DNA from: Takakia lepidozioides
Taxonomy: Eukaryota; Plantae; Bryophyta
Assembly (NCBI GenBank): GCA_030704615.1
Contig: CM060734.1
Location: 1,612,001-1,676,000 of the forward strand
Direction of reading: 5' to 3'
DNA length: 64,000 nucleotides
Every line of letters begins with the position of its first letter. The first letter of the stretch is position 1. The notes under the pieces were generated by a model, which saw only the letters and a program-made list of their open reading frames with translations, had not been told where the DNA came from and ran no database searches. A program made the position numbers and the translations under genes. Shown in pieces: positions 49,101-61,250 of the stretch.

Positions 49101-52100
49101 TGGATGACCTGCTACTGATCAGCGACAACAAGGATACCATGCGCAGGCAGAAGCATGATTTGAGTGAAACCTTTGAGATGGTTGATCTTGGAGCCGTGAA
49201 CTACCTACTTGGAATTCAGATTCTGAGGGACAGGAAGGCGAGAACTATAAAGTTGAGCCAAGAGAGGTATGTCAGGAATGTTGTTGCGAAGTTTGGTATG
49301 CAGGACTGCAAACCAGCACCAATACCATTGGAAACCGGCTGCAAGCTGAGTAAGGAAATGGAGCCAAAATTTCCAAGTGAGATTGAGGAAATGGCTAAGG
49401 TTCCATATCAGCAAGCCATGGGATCTCTGATGTATGCAATGATTGGCACCAGGCCAGACATTGTCTATGCAGTGGGAGTGCTCAGTAAGTTCATGCACAA
49501 CCCAGGACCTCAGCATTGGAAAGCACTCAAGAGGGTGATTAGATATTTGAAAGGGACTGCGGATACATGTCTAACTTACAACAAGCAGGACCCTGGAGCA
49601 TCACTAGAAAGATACAGTGATGCAGATTGGGCAGGAGACACAGATGAGAGGAGATCCATATCTGCCTACTGCTTTGTAATGAGTGGAGGTGCTGTGAGCT
49701 GGAGCAGCAAAAGACAGCAGACTCTATCCTCGACTGAGTCAGAGTATATGGCTCTGACTCATGCAGCTAAAGAAGCCATTTGGATTCGAAGGCTTCTTGG
49801 TGAACTTGGCTTCAGTCAAGAACAGCCAACGAAAGTGCATGCTGATAACAGGAGCAGCATTGAGCTGAGCAAGAATCCTGTTCATCATGCCCGGACCAAG
49901 CACATAGATATCAAACATCATTTCATTAGAGAAATGATTGGTTTGGAGATTGAGTTGGTTTTCTGTAGGACTGAGGACATGGCAGCTGATGCACTCACAA
50001 AGGCTCTATCCAAAGAAAAGCATTCTAGATGCATGGAACTGATTGGGTTAAGCCTCAGTCCTCGCTGAGTGGGAGTGTTAGAAGTCAGCTCAGATTTAGT
50101 TAGCTAGGGTTCTGTTAGGGTTTTTTGACGGCTAGGGATAGTTCTACCAGAAGGTTCCAGCCCATGTTTCCACTAGAAGTTTCTAGAGAACCCATGTAGG
50201 ATTTAAGGGAAAGGCTGAGGCAACGCCCAGCACTTCTTCTAGCATTTTGGATGTGCTATCCTAGTAGATTGCAGAGAGAGGAGGAGTAAGTTTTTTCTTT
50301 TGCAGTAAGGAGCATTCGTTAGTACTAACTCTTTGGTTGGTTTAGGCTGTCAGTTTTTGTACTGCTGCTTGTGCTAGAAGCTATCTGTCAATATCTCTAG
50401 GAGGTAGAGGACAGGTCTAGTTTCCAACATTCCCAACACCAAGAGATCTGTGAAACGTTCGATTCGGAAGTGGTGCATAGAAAAATTCCATAATGAACAG
50501 GTCAAGGCTGAGTATGTCCAGGCCTTGCAAGATGCTCTCCCTCATTTTGTCCACTCGCTCCAAGACCTTCAGTCTCGCTCTGACAATGCAAGAAATGAAG
50601 TCGAAAGAGCAGTGGATTCTTGGGAGAGTTTTGTCTCCTCTGTGGGTGACAAGATCATTGGGAGGAAACTAATTGTCTGTGGTAGAGCTGTTAATTCGTG
50701 GACCAATGAGATTAAACTTAAGATAGCTGAGAGACGAGTCCTCTATAAAGAGTGCTGCAATTTGAAAACCAACAAAGAATTGTGGGCGAGGTACTACCAG
50801 ATCCGTAAAGATATCAATCTGCGTGTAAGGGCTCAGAAGAAATTATACTGGGACAAGTTATACAGTGAAATAAACTCAAACCACCATGGTGGTAATGACA
50901 AGAGATTCTGGTTGGCCCTTCAACGCTTGTACAAGCCGAAAAGCTGTCAGCAAGTACAAGCGCTGAAGACTACTAAGGGTGCAGTGGTAACTTCATCGGT
51001 TGACATTGTCAAAACCTTTGAAACCCACTACAGTATCCTTGGCAGAACTTCTAGGTCTAACAGTGAGGGGTCCTCTGATGAATGGAAGGACACAGTTGGT
51101 AAAACTGTTCCTATGATTCAAAACAGCCCTGATGAACTGGAGTATATTTCAAAAGCCTACAACGCTCCCATTAGTTCTTCTGAGATTGTGGAAGCAATTG
51201 AACATCTAAATGGATATAAAGCAGGTGGTCCTGATGGCATAGTCAACGAGCTTATCAAGCACGGTGGCGATCCCATGATAGAGGCCCTAGTTCTCCTCTT
51301 TAACCTTATCTGGAAGACTGACATGATCCCTTTTCGCTGGCGACAGGGGATCATTGTCAATCTATATAAGAAGGGTGACAGAGAAGACCCGGGGAACTAT
51401 CGTGGCATCACCCTCCTCAATGCTGTTGGCAAGATATTTTGCAGAGTTATAAGTACTCGTCTCGAGGTTGATCTGGAATCTAGAGGTTGTTTTCACGAAG
51501 GCCAAGCTGGCTTTCGGCAAAACAGGGGCTGTGTGGACCATATCTTCACTCTAAGCCAGATTATCCAGGGAAGGAAAAAAGAAGGGAAACCCACTTATGT
51601 TTTTTTCTTGGATGTCAAAAAGGCTTATGACACATTGTGGAGAGATGGTCTATGGCTCTGCCTCTGGTCTTGCGGAATCAAGGGAAAAATGTGGAGAGTT
51701 GTCCATAACTTGTATGCCCACACCAAAAGCTGTGTCACTGTTAATGAACAGAAGTCTACCTTCTTTGACATAGACCAAGGTGTAGCTCAAGGATGTACCC
51801 TCTCCCCTCTGCTCTTCAATGTTTTCATCAATCAACTCCTCGAGGATGTGGAACGTGAGGGATTTAGGTTAAGGGTGGGTGAAGTAAGCGTGCGAGCCGG
51901 AAAGCGACCAAGGTGTGGGGAGCTGTTCCGGACTGCCATCGACCAAAGGGAATAAGTGATCTTAAGTGGCAGTGGGGTAGCCAAGAGATCCCAGTCCTCC
52001 CTTCCTACACATACCTGGGCGTTGAGTTTTCCTCCAACTGTAAGTGGGATGCACACATCCAGAAAGTTGTTCAAACTGGCAAGGGCAAAGCGCTGAGTCT

Positions 52101-55100
52101 CACTAACACTGCAGAGGGATTAACTCTGAGGTCAAGAAAACCTTGCTTTGCCGCGTTATTAGACCTGCCTTGGAGTACGGATCTGCTATATGGGTTGATA
52201 ACTCCAACCAGGCTAAGTCTCTAGAATCCATTCAAGTGGGGGTGCTTAAGGAGTGCATGTCAGCATGCTCCAAAACAGTGTTCGGGGTGAGTTTGGCATC
52301 CCTTCCTTAAGCTCCCGACGAGATGAATTCAAGGTCAGATGGTGGGGTCAGTACACATGTCCAACACCAGATACCCTAAGTTAATCGACTCTAAATCTTG
52401 GAAACAGGACCGCCCTGTCAAACAGGCTAAGTCCTGGCAGAAGAGATCGTACTCATAAGACGTTGTTTGCCGTAGCCTTGTGGCCATTGACCCCGCGCCC
52501 AGTTTGAGCAGGAACAAAAGGGACAGAACCTACCTCTGTCAGGGGCTGACGTTGGTAGTAAGACTTACCTCCATATAAAGAATTAATCCGGGTTTTCCAG
52601 ATATCCTCTAGAAATCCCTTCACACAAGCATCAATCTGCTGTGTGTGATTTGCCCAAAAACTAGGCCTCAGGAGGGCCTGGGCTTTTGGCTCAGCCTCGA
52701 GACTTTCAAAGTTGGTAAACAGGGGTACAGGCACAATTCCCTTAATAGATTTGAAGAGAGCGTCTCTTTGGTGAGAGAACCCCGGACAGTGTATCAGAAA
52801 ATGAATACTGTCTTCAGATTGCCCACACAACGGGCAATTGCACTCTCCCTTTCCTCTCTGCTTCTGTTTGCCGTTCAAAGGTAGGCTTCCTGCCCTGAGT
52901 TTAAATTTCAGTCTAGTGCCGAGAGTGGGTAGACCCTTGAGGTCATTCATCCTGGCAGAAGAGAGTAGAAGAGATTCTCAAGGATCTGAATCTGGACCCG
53001 CAAGTCTTGACCTTGCTGGATAAATCTGACTTGGAGACTGTAGTGTCCAAAGCCATGTCTGTTACCAGCAAATTGTCTGATGCAAATGAAGTTAGGCAGA
53101 AAACTTCCCTGAACCTGTTTCCAGTCTGTGACATGGGGGAGGATATCATGGATGACCTCAAGGGTCTACCCACTCTCGGCACCAGACTGAAATTTAAACT
53201 CAGGGCAGGAAGCCTACCTTTGAACAGTAAACAGAAGCAGAGAGGAAAGGGAGAGTGCAATTGCCCGTTGTGTGGGCAACCCGAAGACAATATTCATTTT
53301 CTGATTCACTGTCCGGGGTACTCTCACCAGAGAGACGCTCTCCTCCAATCTATCAAGAGAATTGTGCCTGTACCTCTGTTTACCAACTTTGAAAGTCTCG
53401 AGGCTGAGCCAAAAGCCCAGGCCCTGAGGCCTAGTTTTTGGGCAAATCACACACAGCAGATTGATGCTTGTGTGAAGGGATTTCTAGAGGATATCTGGAA
53501 AACCCGAATTAATTCTATTTATAAAGGTAAGTCTTACTACCAATGTCAGCCCCTGACAGAGGTAGGTTCTGTCCCTTTGGTTTGGGCTCAAACTGGGCGC
53601 GGGGTCAATGGCCACAAGGCTACGGCAAACAACGTCTTATGAGTACATTCTTAAACTGTAAAATATATAAGAGTATTCATTGGTGTATTGTTATGGAAGT
53701 CGGAAGATGAGCATACCTCTGGCACAAAGAGGACATTTTTCGGGCCAGTTGCATTTTGGATGGCAGTTCGAATGTCTTCATCACTCAAGTCGTCACATGG
53801 ATCAACCTCCTAACTCACCCAAAGCACACATGACCAGCCGACTTGAATATAGAAATAACACCAATGCTATAACCTAGATATGTATAGTCAGTAACCACCA
53901 AACTCATTGATGAAACAGTTTTCTTACTACGGTAACAAGCATGCTATGGTGGAGTACAGATGTTAACCATATGGGTTCATGGAGTTTGAAAACTGTAAAT
54001 CAGAATATCTCAAATTTGTTCTGGTGTACATGTCTTCATGCTCGAGCATAAAGTAACTGTATTCCTATGCTCGAAAGCCACGATCTGACAATGTGCCTTC
54101 CCACCAACATATAAATTCCTACCATGTCGTACACCTCCCTCTCTAGCCAAGCAATCCCAGGATTTTTATGGGAAAGGGCCATCTTGACCAGCATACAGCA
54201 CCCTGCTTTTATATATTTTCTGGCTTGGCTCATGTATACTGTCAACATCCAATAAACAAATCAAACCATGGCAATTATTATGTTGTATCCTGCCTTTGTC
54301 CAGATAACAGAAATACCTCTAAGCTTTTGACAAAGATAGACTGGAAGATGTAATGGATCCGAGCTCCTCCCGACAGCTCGGTCGTCGACATCTCTTCGTT
54401 TTTTCCATCAATAATTGATTGAAAACCTGGCCCCGTATGCAATCAATATCATGTTAGGTCTTTACTATTTCCATCATGTTTTTCCCAACCAAGTTCATCA
54501 CTTGTGCCAATCCTGAAGTCAAAATGCTATTTGAAATGAATCCAGAAAATGACAAGCTTAGCTACGACTCCAAAAACTGTAAGGCTGGAAGCACATCACA
54601 CTTAATCTCTGTAATCTCTCTAAACACCTCAAGATGAAAAGTCCAAAGCGACATAGTCTAATAAGTACCACAAGCAGACCCTTTATAATGCTGAATAGGA
54701 TCCTTTCATATTCTATATGGCTTGCTTCCATTCAGCTCCTTTCCCTTCTTGCCCCACATCCAGGCTGAATGGAGACCCAAGTAACGTCAGTGCAAGGATA
54801 CTCCATTCGCTTTCTAGATGAACTAGCAAATGGAATAGTAAATCAGTAATCATCACCACCTGGGATCCTTATCTGCACTCCCAAGGATTTTGAGTACTCA
54901 AAAGTGAGGGCAGTACAAAGAGAGGTGTATATTGTGAAAGACAGATGCATGTTTTATACCATGAGAATATTTGGTGATAATGCTGAGCAACAATGCCCCT
55001 TGTCCTGACTGCAACCCCACATGACATCCCAATTCCAACTGTTGGTGATCTACTGTAGGCACACATCGCAATTGAGACAAACATAAGATGCAGTGACTCA

Positions 55101-57353
55101 TGTAAGCACTCATGATGGGCATCATCGCTAAAGAGAACAGAACGTTTTACAGTTTATCCTACAGCACGCCATAAACCGATTTAAGTTCATCCTCATGAAC
55201 AAACATAGACATGAAGACCTTCATATATAGAATGCATGGGACCCCTACACGATTGGCTTGGAGGCAGTGAAACCCCCTAGGGGCTATACTTACAAAAAGA
55301 CATTCCTTCCACTTACACGGAAACAACAGACGATGCAACTTCTCAGTAAGATGACAGCCAAAAGCAAACAGCAGTGTCCTACAATTGATATGGGACAGGA
55401 AAGTCCAGTTAATTTACCTTCGAATCAGTGAGCTCCCCATAATTGCTTAGTTCCTTCTGCAGCGTGATCATCTGAGTGCTGATGCGTGCTTTCAGTTCGG
55501 GAAGAATTGCCCTTATGTGTTGCACCAATATCTATGGAACCATTACAGAAACAAGTCACAGCAGATCTTCTTAGCCATCAAACATGACCAAGAATAAACC
55601 ACTAATGGCATATGTGCTATGTACATGTGACAGACATAACCTGGCATGAATCACATGAGCAGAGCTCTCCACCTCCACCCTACAAAACTGGAAGGCAAGT
55701 ATGCTATTTGTATGACTCTTAGACCAATGTTTAAGCATCAAAGATTCGTGGCTTACATCTACACAGGTCAATGACACCAGAAAACATTGTGCAATCAGCT
55801 GGTTCATGGAAAGCAGAGAGGAATTGCGTATTTCCTAATACCAAGGCATGGAGACTGGTGGGCAAGCATGTTTTGAGTTACCGAGTTCAACTTCTTTGCC
55901 AACTGAGGAACACCACACCTCTCCGATAAATTGTGATATACCTGGAAGAATGACCCAGAAGATGAGCACATCATACCCATCCACATAAAGACTGCTGAGA
56001 TGGTCCCTCGCACTAGTTAACAATTTTTGGTGGTGGTGTGATTATTGATCGGCAACTAGGTATTTGTTCTTCTACCATAATGAGTGATGAGCACCATTTG
56101 CAGCACCTTGCTGGTACATACAACTTAAACATGTGGATGGCTACCACCACCAGCTTCATTGAACATGCTCCCAGGATGTATCTCTAAAACTACCTAGGAC
56201 AGTCTTTTTTAGCAGACTTTTGAGCAACACAACCCAGAATGGTGCCCCTTATCAAGCACAGGGAGCAACAACAGGCTTACAGGTCGGCTTCGAAAAAAGT
56301 TCTCCTCGAAGTTGAGAGCTTCTTGTATCGTCTTCTCCGCAATAATATCCTACAAACAAACTCCAAAGCAAGATGTACCCACCAGTTGAGCCTAAACTGC
56401 ACAATACTAGAATTCACTGGGTGAAAATTATTGCATTTTCCATGTCTTCCATGCTCTTAATAGTTCCCACAACATGGCTTTGTAACCTCCACAAAAAGCT
56501 CAATAACATTAAACACACAGATTGCAGGTACTGTGGCTTTTAGATACATGCAGTGTCACAGATAATTATCCATGGAGGGTCAATAATGTATACTTTTCCC
56601 CCGGTATGTTGTTGAAGTTTTGCTCTTCTCTCACCTACTCACTACGTGGCCTTCTTGTCTCTATCCTCTGCTTTCCAAACTGGGAGGCTAATGGAGAACA
56701 AAGTAGTGCTATAGTCCTTTCTTTATTCATACACAGGGACAGAATAATTTCTTGACTCTAGCCTCTGTCCTAGCTTATTTTTTACTACCTTAACTTAACT
56801 TACTAGCATGTCTAACTGTCACTACAGGTGATCATACAGAGTATCCATATAAGATGAAGCTTACCTCCTGACTACGATTGACAACGCCAACATAGCCAAA
56901 GCGAAGGGGAACAACAGTGCCATGCAAAAAGTTGCGAGCATCTGTTCCCCGGTCCATAATATCTAGCTGTAAACCCCATGCAAAGAGCAACCCCAAAAGT
57001 AGCAATTATAGCAAAGAATGCTTCAACCTTGGCGCTCAAGCTATCCAAACACGCCCGACAAAAAATGGCAGAAACCAATGAACAAACTTCTTCTGGAACC
57101 AAGCTTACATCCAAATAGGGGACACATTACTCTCGTCTCCGAAAACTTCGTAGAACTTGAGCTCACTAAAGCTCTCCAAATAGCCAGAGACAGGGTTAAG
57201 ATTCAGAATAGTGAGTGCAAACCAGGAAACTCATTCACCATGGAAACAGAACACATCTCAATGTTCTGCCAAAACCCGGAAGCTCAAAGAGGATTGCGTT
57301 AGAGTGCAACAAGATCAGCTGTACCTTTGTGATAACACCAATCGTTCGAGATC
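34167..57353 (-). CDS. DRP3: Dynamin-related protein 3 (mitochondrial/peroxisomal fission GTPase), 3' 17 exons; 5' exons beyond the window
   Basis: GT-AG exons: 57325-57353 ([10 protein letters not shown]), 56865-56966 ([10 protein letters not shown]...VVNRSQE), 56281-56349, 55882-55941, 55418-55531, 54960-55008, 54317-54426 ([12 protein letters not shown]), 53717-53809, 42850-42942, 39107-39244, 38694-38810 ([11 protein letters not shown]), 38080-38196, 37667-37715, 37055-37212, 36720-36866 ([22 protein letters not shown]), 36201-36253, 35794-35893; final exon from 34482; phases are consistent. Confidence 0.92.
39340..42680 (-). mobile_element. Nested cluster of truncated LINE copies in a DRP3 intron
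   Basis: Multiple ORF2 C-termini (CPLCGQ.ED.IHFLIHC...[15 protein letters not shown]); RT LMFVDD at ~41870; 3' ends at ~39974 and ~42290. Confidence 0.9.
45321..45718 (+). repeat. copia 5' LTR
   Basis: Near-identical to 50076-50429 apart from two ~20-bp indels. Confidence 0.95.
45787..47362 (+). pseudogene. copia gag-protease-integrase (integrase core partly deleted)
   Basis: [40 protein letters not shown] joined directly to [12 protein letters not shown]. Confidence 0.88.
47363..48165 (-). pseudogene. Antisense gypsy gag N-terminal fragment embedded in the copia
   Basis: [37 protein letters not shown] resembles MALAASKTRPPFPLYDGKSNPDIHLNQFENMCTIYNE at 25439-25550. Confidence 0.7.
48251..50068 (+). 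CDS. copia reverse transcriptase-RNase H
   Basis: [42 protein letters not shown]. Confidence 0.92.
   Translation: MIIPDVGEKEREQPVLKVYTRREKVAKKPEEDEDSEDWDPIDKDGGPRRSGRISKTPERFGANAAEGLTGLTMDDIGQMESCFHALDDAEEPATLNDALARDDANEWEGAVLEEMKSLKKNQTWELVTLPGGRKAVDCKWVFKVKRGPNNEIVKYKARLVARGFTQTAGLDYNETFAPVAKFTSIRCLLALAAKHDWEIEHMDVKTAFLNGDLQEEIYMKQPEGFQEGDKVCRLKKSLYGLKQASRTWYEKINSYLTGQGFVRSTADQSIYYMTSGVMIIALYVDDLLLISDNKDTMRRQKHDLSETFEMVDLGAVNYLLGIQILRDRKARTIKLSQERYVRNVVAKFGMQDCKPAPIPLETGCKLSKEMEPKFPSEIEEMAKVPYQQAMGSLMYAMIGTRPDIVYAVGVLSKFMHNPGPQHWKALKRVIRYLKGTADTCLTYNKQDPGASLERYSDADWAGDTDERRSISAYCFVMSGGAVSWSSKRQQTLSSTESEYMALTHAAKEAIWIRRLLGELGFSQEQPTKVHADNRSSIELSKNPVHHARTKHIDIKHHFIREMIGLEIELVFCRTEDMAADALTKALSKEKHSRCMELIGLSLSPR
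50076..50429 (+). repeat. copia 3' LTR
   Basis: See 5' LTR. Confidence 0.95.
52447..52949 (-). mobile_element. 5'-truncated LINE inserted in reverse into a copy of its own family
   Basis: 15-bp TSD TCCTGGCAGAAGAGA (52432-52446 and 52950-52964). Confidence 0.88.
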
Positions 57354-57736
57354 CTGCAGATGAAAATCATCCCATCATACCTCATCATCCCTAGAACCAA
57401 CATGTTGGTTGCCTGTGCCTCATACTGAACTTGAATATCTCTGAACATCTTTGCAGTCTGCTCTACTTAGTCCCACAGGCCCCCCATGGAAGTATTAGTC
57501 TATTTCTTTCTGGTCTTTTTTCTCCATGAGTTTTAAGACTTTTTCTTTTTGGAGCTTTTGAGTTGTTGTTTGGTTTCTACGGTTCTACAGTGTTGTTCTG
57601 CTTGTGTACCTTGAGGACATGATGAATTTCTTCCTCTCTCCCTCTCTGCATGAGGCACCTTCAAGTAACATTGAGTGTAATTTCATGTGGGTTTCTTGTG
57701 GCTCTACTTTGCCACACTCTCTCTCTCTGAGGATCA

Positions 57737-58783
57737 TTTTTCCACTGCAGAGGGGTCAACTCTGAGGTTAAGAAAACCATGCTTTGTCGCGTTATTAGAC
57801 CTGCCTTGGAGTACGGATCTGCTATATGGGTTGATAACTCCAACCAGGCTAAGTCTCTAGAATCCATTCAAGTGGGGGTGCTTAAGGAGTGTATGTCAGC
57901 ATGCTCCAAAACAGCCAATGTGGCTGTTCGGGGTGAGTTTGGCATTCCGTCCTTAAGCTCCCGACGAGATGAATTCAAGGTCAGATGGTGGGGTCAGCCG
58001 CAACATATGCCCAACACCAGATATCCTAAATTAATCGACTCTATATCTTGGAAACAGGACCGCCCTGTCAAACAGGCTAAGTCCTGGCAGAAGAGAGTAG
58101 AAGAGATCCTCAAGGACCTGGACCTGGATCCGCAAGTCTTGACCCTGCTAGATAAATCTGACTTAGAGGCTGTAGTGTCCTCAGCCATGTCTGTTGCCAT
58201 GAGATTGTCTGATGAAAATGAAGTTAGGCAGAAAACTTCCCTGAACTTGTTTCCAGTCTGTGACATGGGGGAGGACATCTTGGATGACCTCAAGGGTCTA
58301 CCCACTCTCGGCACTAGACTGAAATTTAAACTCAGGGCAGGAAGCCTACCTTTGAACAGCAAACAGAAGCAGAGAGGAAAGGGAGAGTGCAATTGCCCGT
58401 TGTGTGGGCAATCTGAAGACAGTATTCATTTTCTGATACACTGTCCGGGGTTCTCTCACCAAAGAGATGCTCTCTTCAAATCTATTAAGGGAATTGTGCC
58501 TGTACCCCTGTTTACCAACTTTGAAAGTCTCGAGGCTGAGCCAAAGGCCCAGGCCCTCCTGAGGCCTAGTTTTTGGGCAAATCACACACAGCAGATTGAT
58601 GCTTGTGTGAAGGCATTTCTAGAGGATATCTGGAAAACCCGGATTAATTCTTTATATGGAGGTAAGTCTTACTACCAACGTCAGCCCCTGACAGAGGTAG
58701 GTTCTGTCCCTTTTGTTCCCGCTCAAACTGGGCGCGGGGTCAATGGCCACAAGGCTACGGCAAACAACGTCTTATGAGTACAA
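57737..58783 (+). mobile_element. 5'-truncated LINE
   Basis: 13-bp TSD TCTCTGAGGATCA (57724-57736 and 58784-58796); ORF 57779-58777. Confidence 0.9.
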
Positions 58784-58973
58784 TCTCTGAGGATCAAAAA
58801 TGCTTGGCAGCCTACCTGCACGAGGCGTTCACCCTTCGACATTCGCTAGAACATTAATTGTGGTTTCTGGACTTGTTCCTCTCTCATGTTTCCATTTTGT
58901 CCCATAAGCTCTATGAGCTTTCCGCGGACGTTATAAAGTACCATTTCATTTCATTTCTCTCTGTCTCTCTCTC

Positions 58974-60904
58974 TGGCCACGAGGCTACGGCAAACATCTT
59001 ATGAGTACAATCTCTCTCTCTCTGTCAGAAAGGTGACAGAGAAGAGCCGGGTAACTATCGGGGCACGCTTCTTAATGCAGTTGGCAAGATATTCTGCAGA
59101 GTTATAAGTACTCGTCTCGAGGTTGATCTGGAGTCCAGAGGTTGTTTCCATGAAGGCCAAGCTGGCTTTCGGCGAAACAGGGGCTGCGTGGATCATATCT
59201 TCACACTCAGCCAGATTATCCAGGGAAGGAAAAAAGAAGGGAAACCTACTTTTGTCTTTTTCCTGGATGTCAAAAAGGCCTATGACACTGTGTGGAGAGA
59301 CGGTCTATGGCTCCGACTCTCGTCTTCCGGGATCAAGGAAAAGATGTGGAGAGTGGTCCATAACTTGTATGCTCACACTAAAAGCTGTGTCACTGTAAAT
59401 GGACAGAAGTCTAATTTCTTAGACATAGACCAAGGTGTAGCTCAAGGATGTACCCTCTCCCCTCTGCTCTTCAATGTTTTCATCAATCAACTACTGGAGG
59501 AAGTGGAAAGTGAGGGATTTGGGTTAAGGGTGGGTGATGCCACCATACTAGCCCTTATGTTTGCGGATGACTTCGCAGGCATAGGGGAGACTCCTTCCAA
59601 CCTCCACGGGCTGATAGATTGCGCGAAGAGATACTTTGATCTTTGGGGGCTAGAGGCCAATGTCAGTAAATGCGCAGTGGTGGCATTCAACGACCGGGGG
59701 GAAGGAGGAGGCGATCTCAAGTGGCAGTGGGGAAGCCAAGAGATCCCTGTTCTCCCCTCCTACACCTATCTTGGCGTTGAGTTTTCCTCGAACTGTAATT
59801 GGGAAGCACATATTCAAAGAGTGGTTCAATCTGGCAAACGCAAAGCACTGGGTCTCACTAAATTTTTCCACTGCAGAGGGATCAACTCTGAAGTAAAAAA
59901 AACCATGCTTTGCCGCGTTATCAGGCCGGCCTTGGAGTATGCATCTGCTGTATGGGTTGATAACTCCAACCAGGCTAAGTATCTTGAATCCATCCAAGTC
60001 GGGGTGCTCAAGGAGTGCATGTCAGCATGCTCCAAAACAGCTAATGTGGCTGTTCGGGGTGGGTTTGGCATTCCTCCCTTAAGCTCCCGACGCGATGAAT
60101 TCAAAATCAGATGGTGGGGTCAGCTGCAACGTATGGCTAATACCAGATATCCTAAGTTAATCAACTCTATATCTTGGAAGCAGGACCGCCCTGTCAAACA
60201 GGCTAAATCCTGGCGGAAAAGGGTAGAAGAGATTTTCAAGGATCTGAATCTTAGTCCACTAGCCATGACCCTGCTGGATAAATCTGGCTTAGAAACTGAA
60301 GTTTCCGAAGCCATGTCTATTGCCAGGAAATTGTCTGAAGAAAATGAAGTTAGGCAGAAAACTTCCCTGAACCTGTTTCCAGTCTGTGACATGGGTGAGG
60401 CCATCATGGAGAACCTCAAGGGTCTACCCACCCTCGGCACTAGACTGAAATTCAAACTCAGGGCGGGTAGCCTACCTTTGAACAACAAACAGTCGCAGAG
60501 AGGAAAGGGGGATTGTAAGTGCCCGTTGTGTGGGCAACCTGAAGACAATATTCACTTCCTGATTCATTGTCCTGGGTACTCTCACCAACGGTACACCCTC
60601 GTCAATTCCATCAAGGAAATTGTGCCTGTACCTCTGTTTAACAACTTTGAAAATCTTGAGGCTGAGCCAAAAGCCCAGGCCCTTTTGGGGTCTAGCTATT
60701 GGGCAAATCACACACATCAGATTGATGCTTGTGTGAAGGGATTTCTGGAGGATATCTGGAAATCTCGGATCAACTGTTTATTCCAAGGTAAATCATACTA
60801 CCGGCGTCAGCCCCTGACAAAGGTAGTTTCTGTCCCTTTATGTTCCGTTCAAACTGGGCGCGGGGTCAATGGCCACATGGCTACAGCAAACAATGTCTTA
60901 TGAG

Positions 60905-60935
<31 letters not shown>

Positions 60936-61250
60936 CTCCAATCTATCAAGAGAATTGTGCCTGTACCTCTGTTTACCAACTTTGGAAGTCTCGAGGCTGA
61001 GCCAAAAGCCCAGGCCCTTCTAAGGCCTAGTTTTTGGGCAAATCACACACAGCAGATTGATGCTTGTGTGAAGGGATTTCTAGAGGATATCTGGAAAACC
61101 CGAATTAATTCTATTTATAAAGGTAAGGCTTACTACCAATGTCAGCCCCTGACAGAGGTAGGTTCTGTCCCTTTGGTTTCCGCCCAAACTGGGCGCGGGG
61201 TCAATGGCCACAAGGCTACGGCAAACAACGTCTTATGAGTACATTCTCTC
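58974..61250 (+). mobile_element. Head-to-tail truncated LINE copies joined by (TC)n tails
   Basis: 3' ends ATGAGTACA(TC)n at ~59010, ~60910 and ~61245; ORF 59188-60903 has LMFADD. Confidence 0.9.

Larger units (their letters stand above)
45321..50429 (+). mobile_element. Ty1/copia LTR retrotransposon
   Basis: TG...CA LTRs at 45321-45718 and 50076-50429; TSD TTCCC; PBS GGTTATGGCCCA (45719); PPT tgagtgggag. Confidence 0.95.
43427..53648 (+). mobile_element. Originally full-length LINE (APE endonuclease, RT, Zn finger; possibly RTE/RTEX-like), interrupted by copia and an inverted LINE fragment
   Basis: 13-bp TSD TCTTAAACTGTAA (43414-43426 and 53649-53661); [44 protein letters not shown]. Confidence 0.9.

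Noticed and set aside
57168-57195. KALQIARD resembling the missing DRP3 exon
   Set aside because: Wrong strand and wrong position; coincidental
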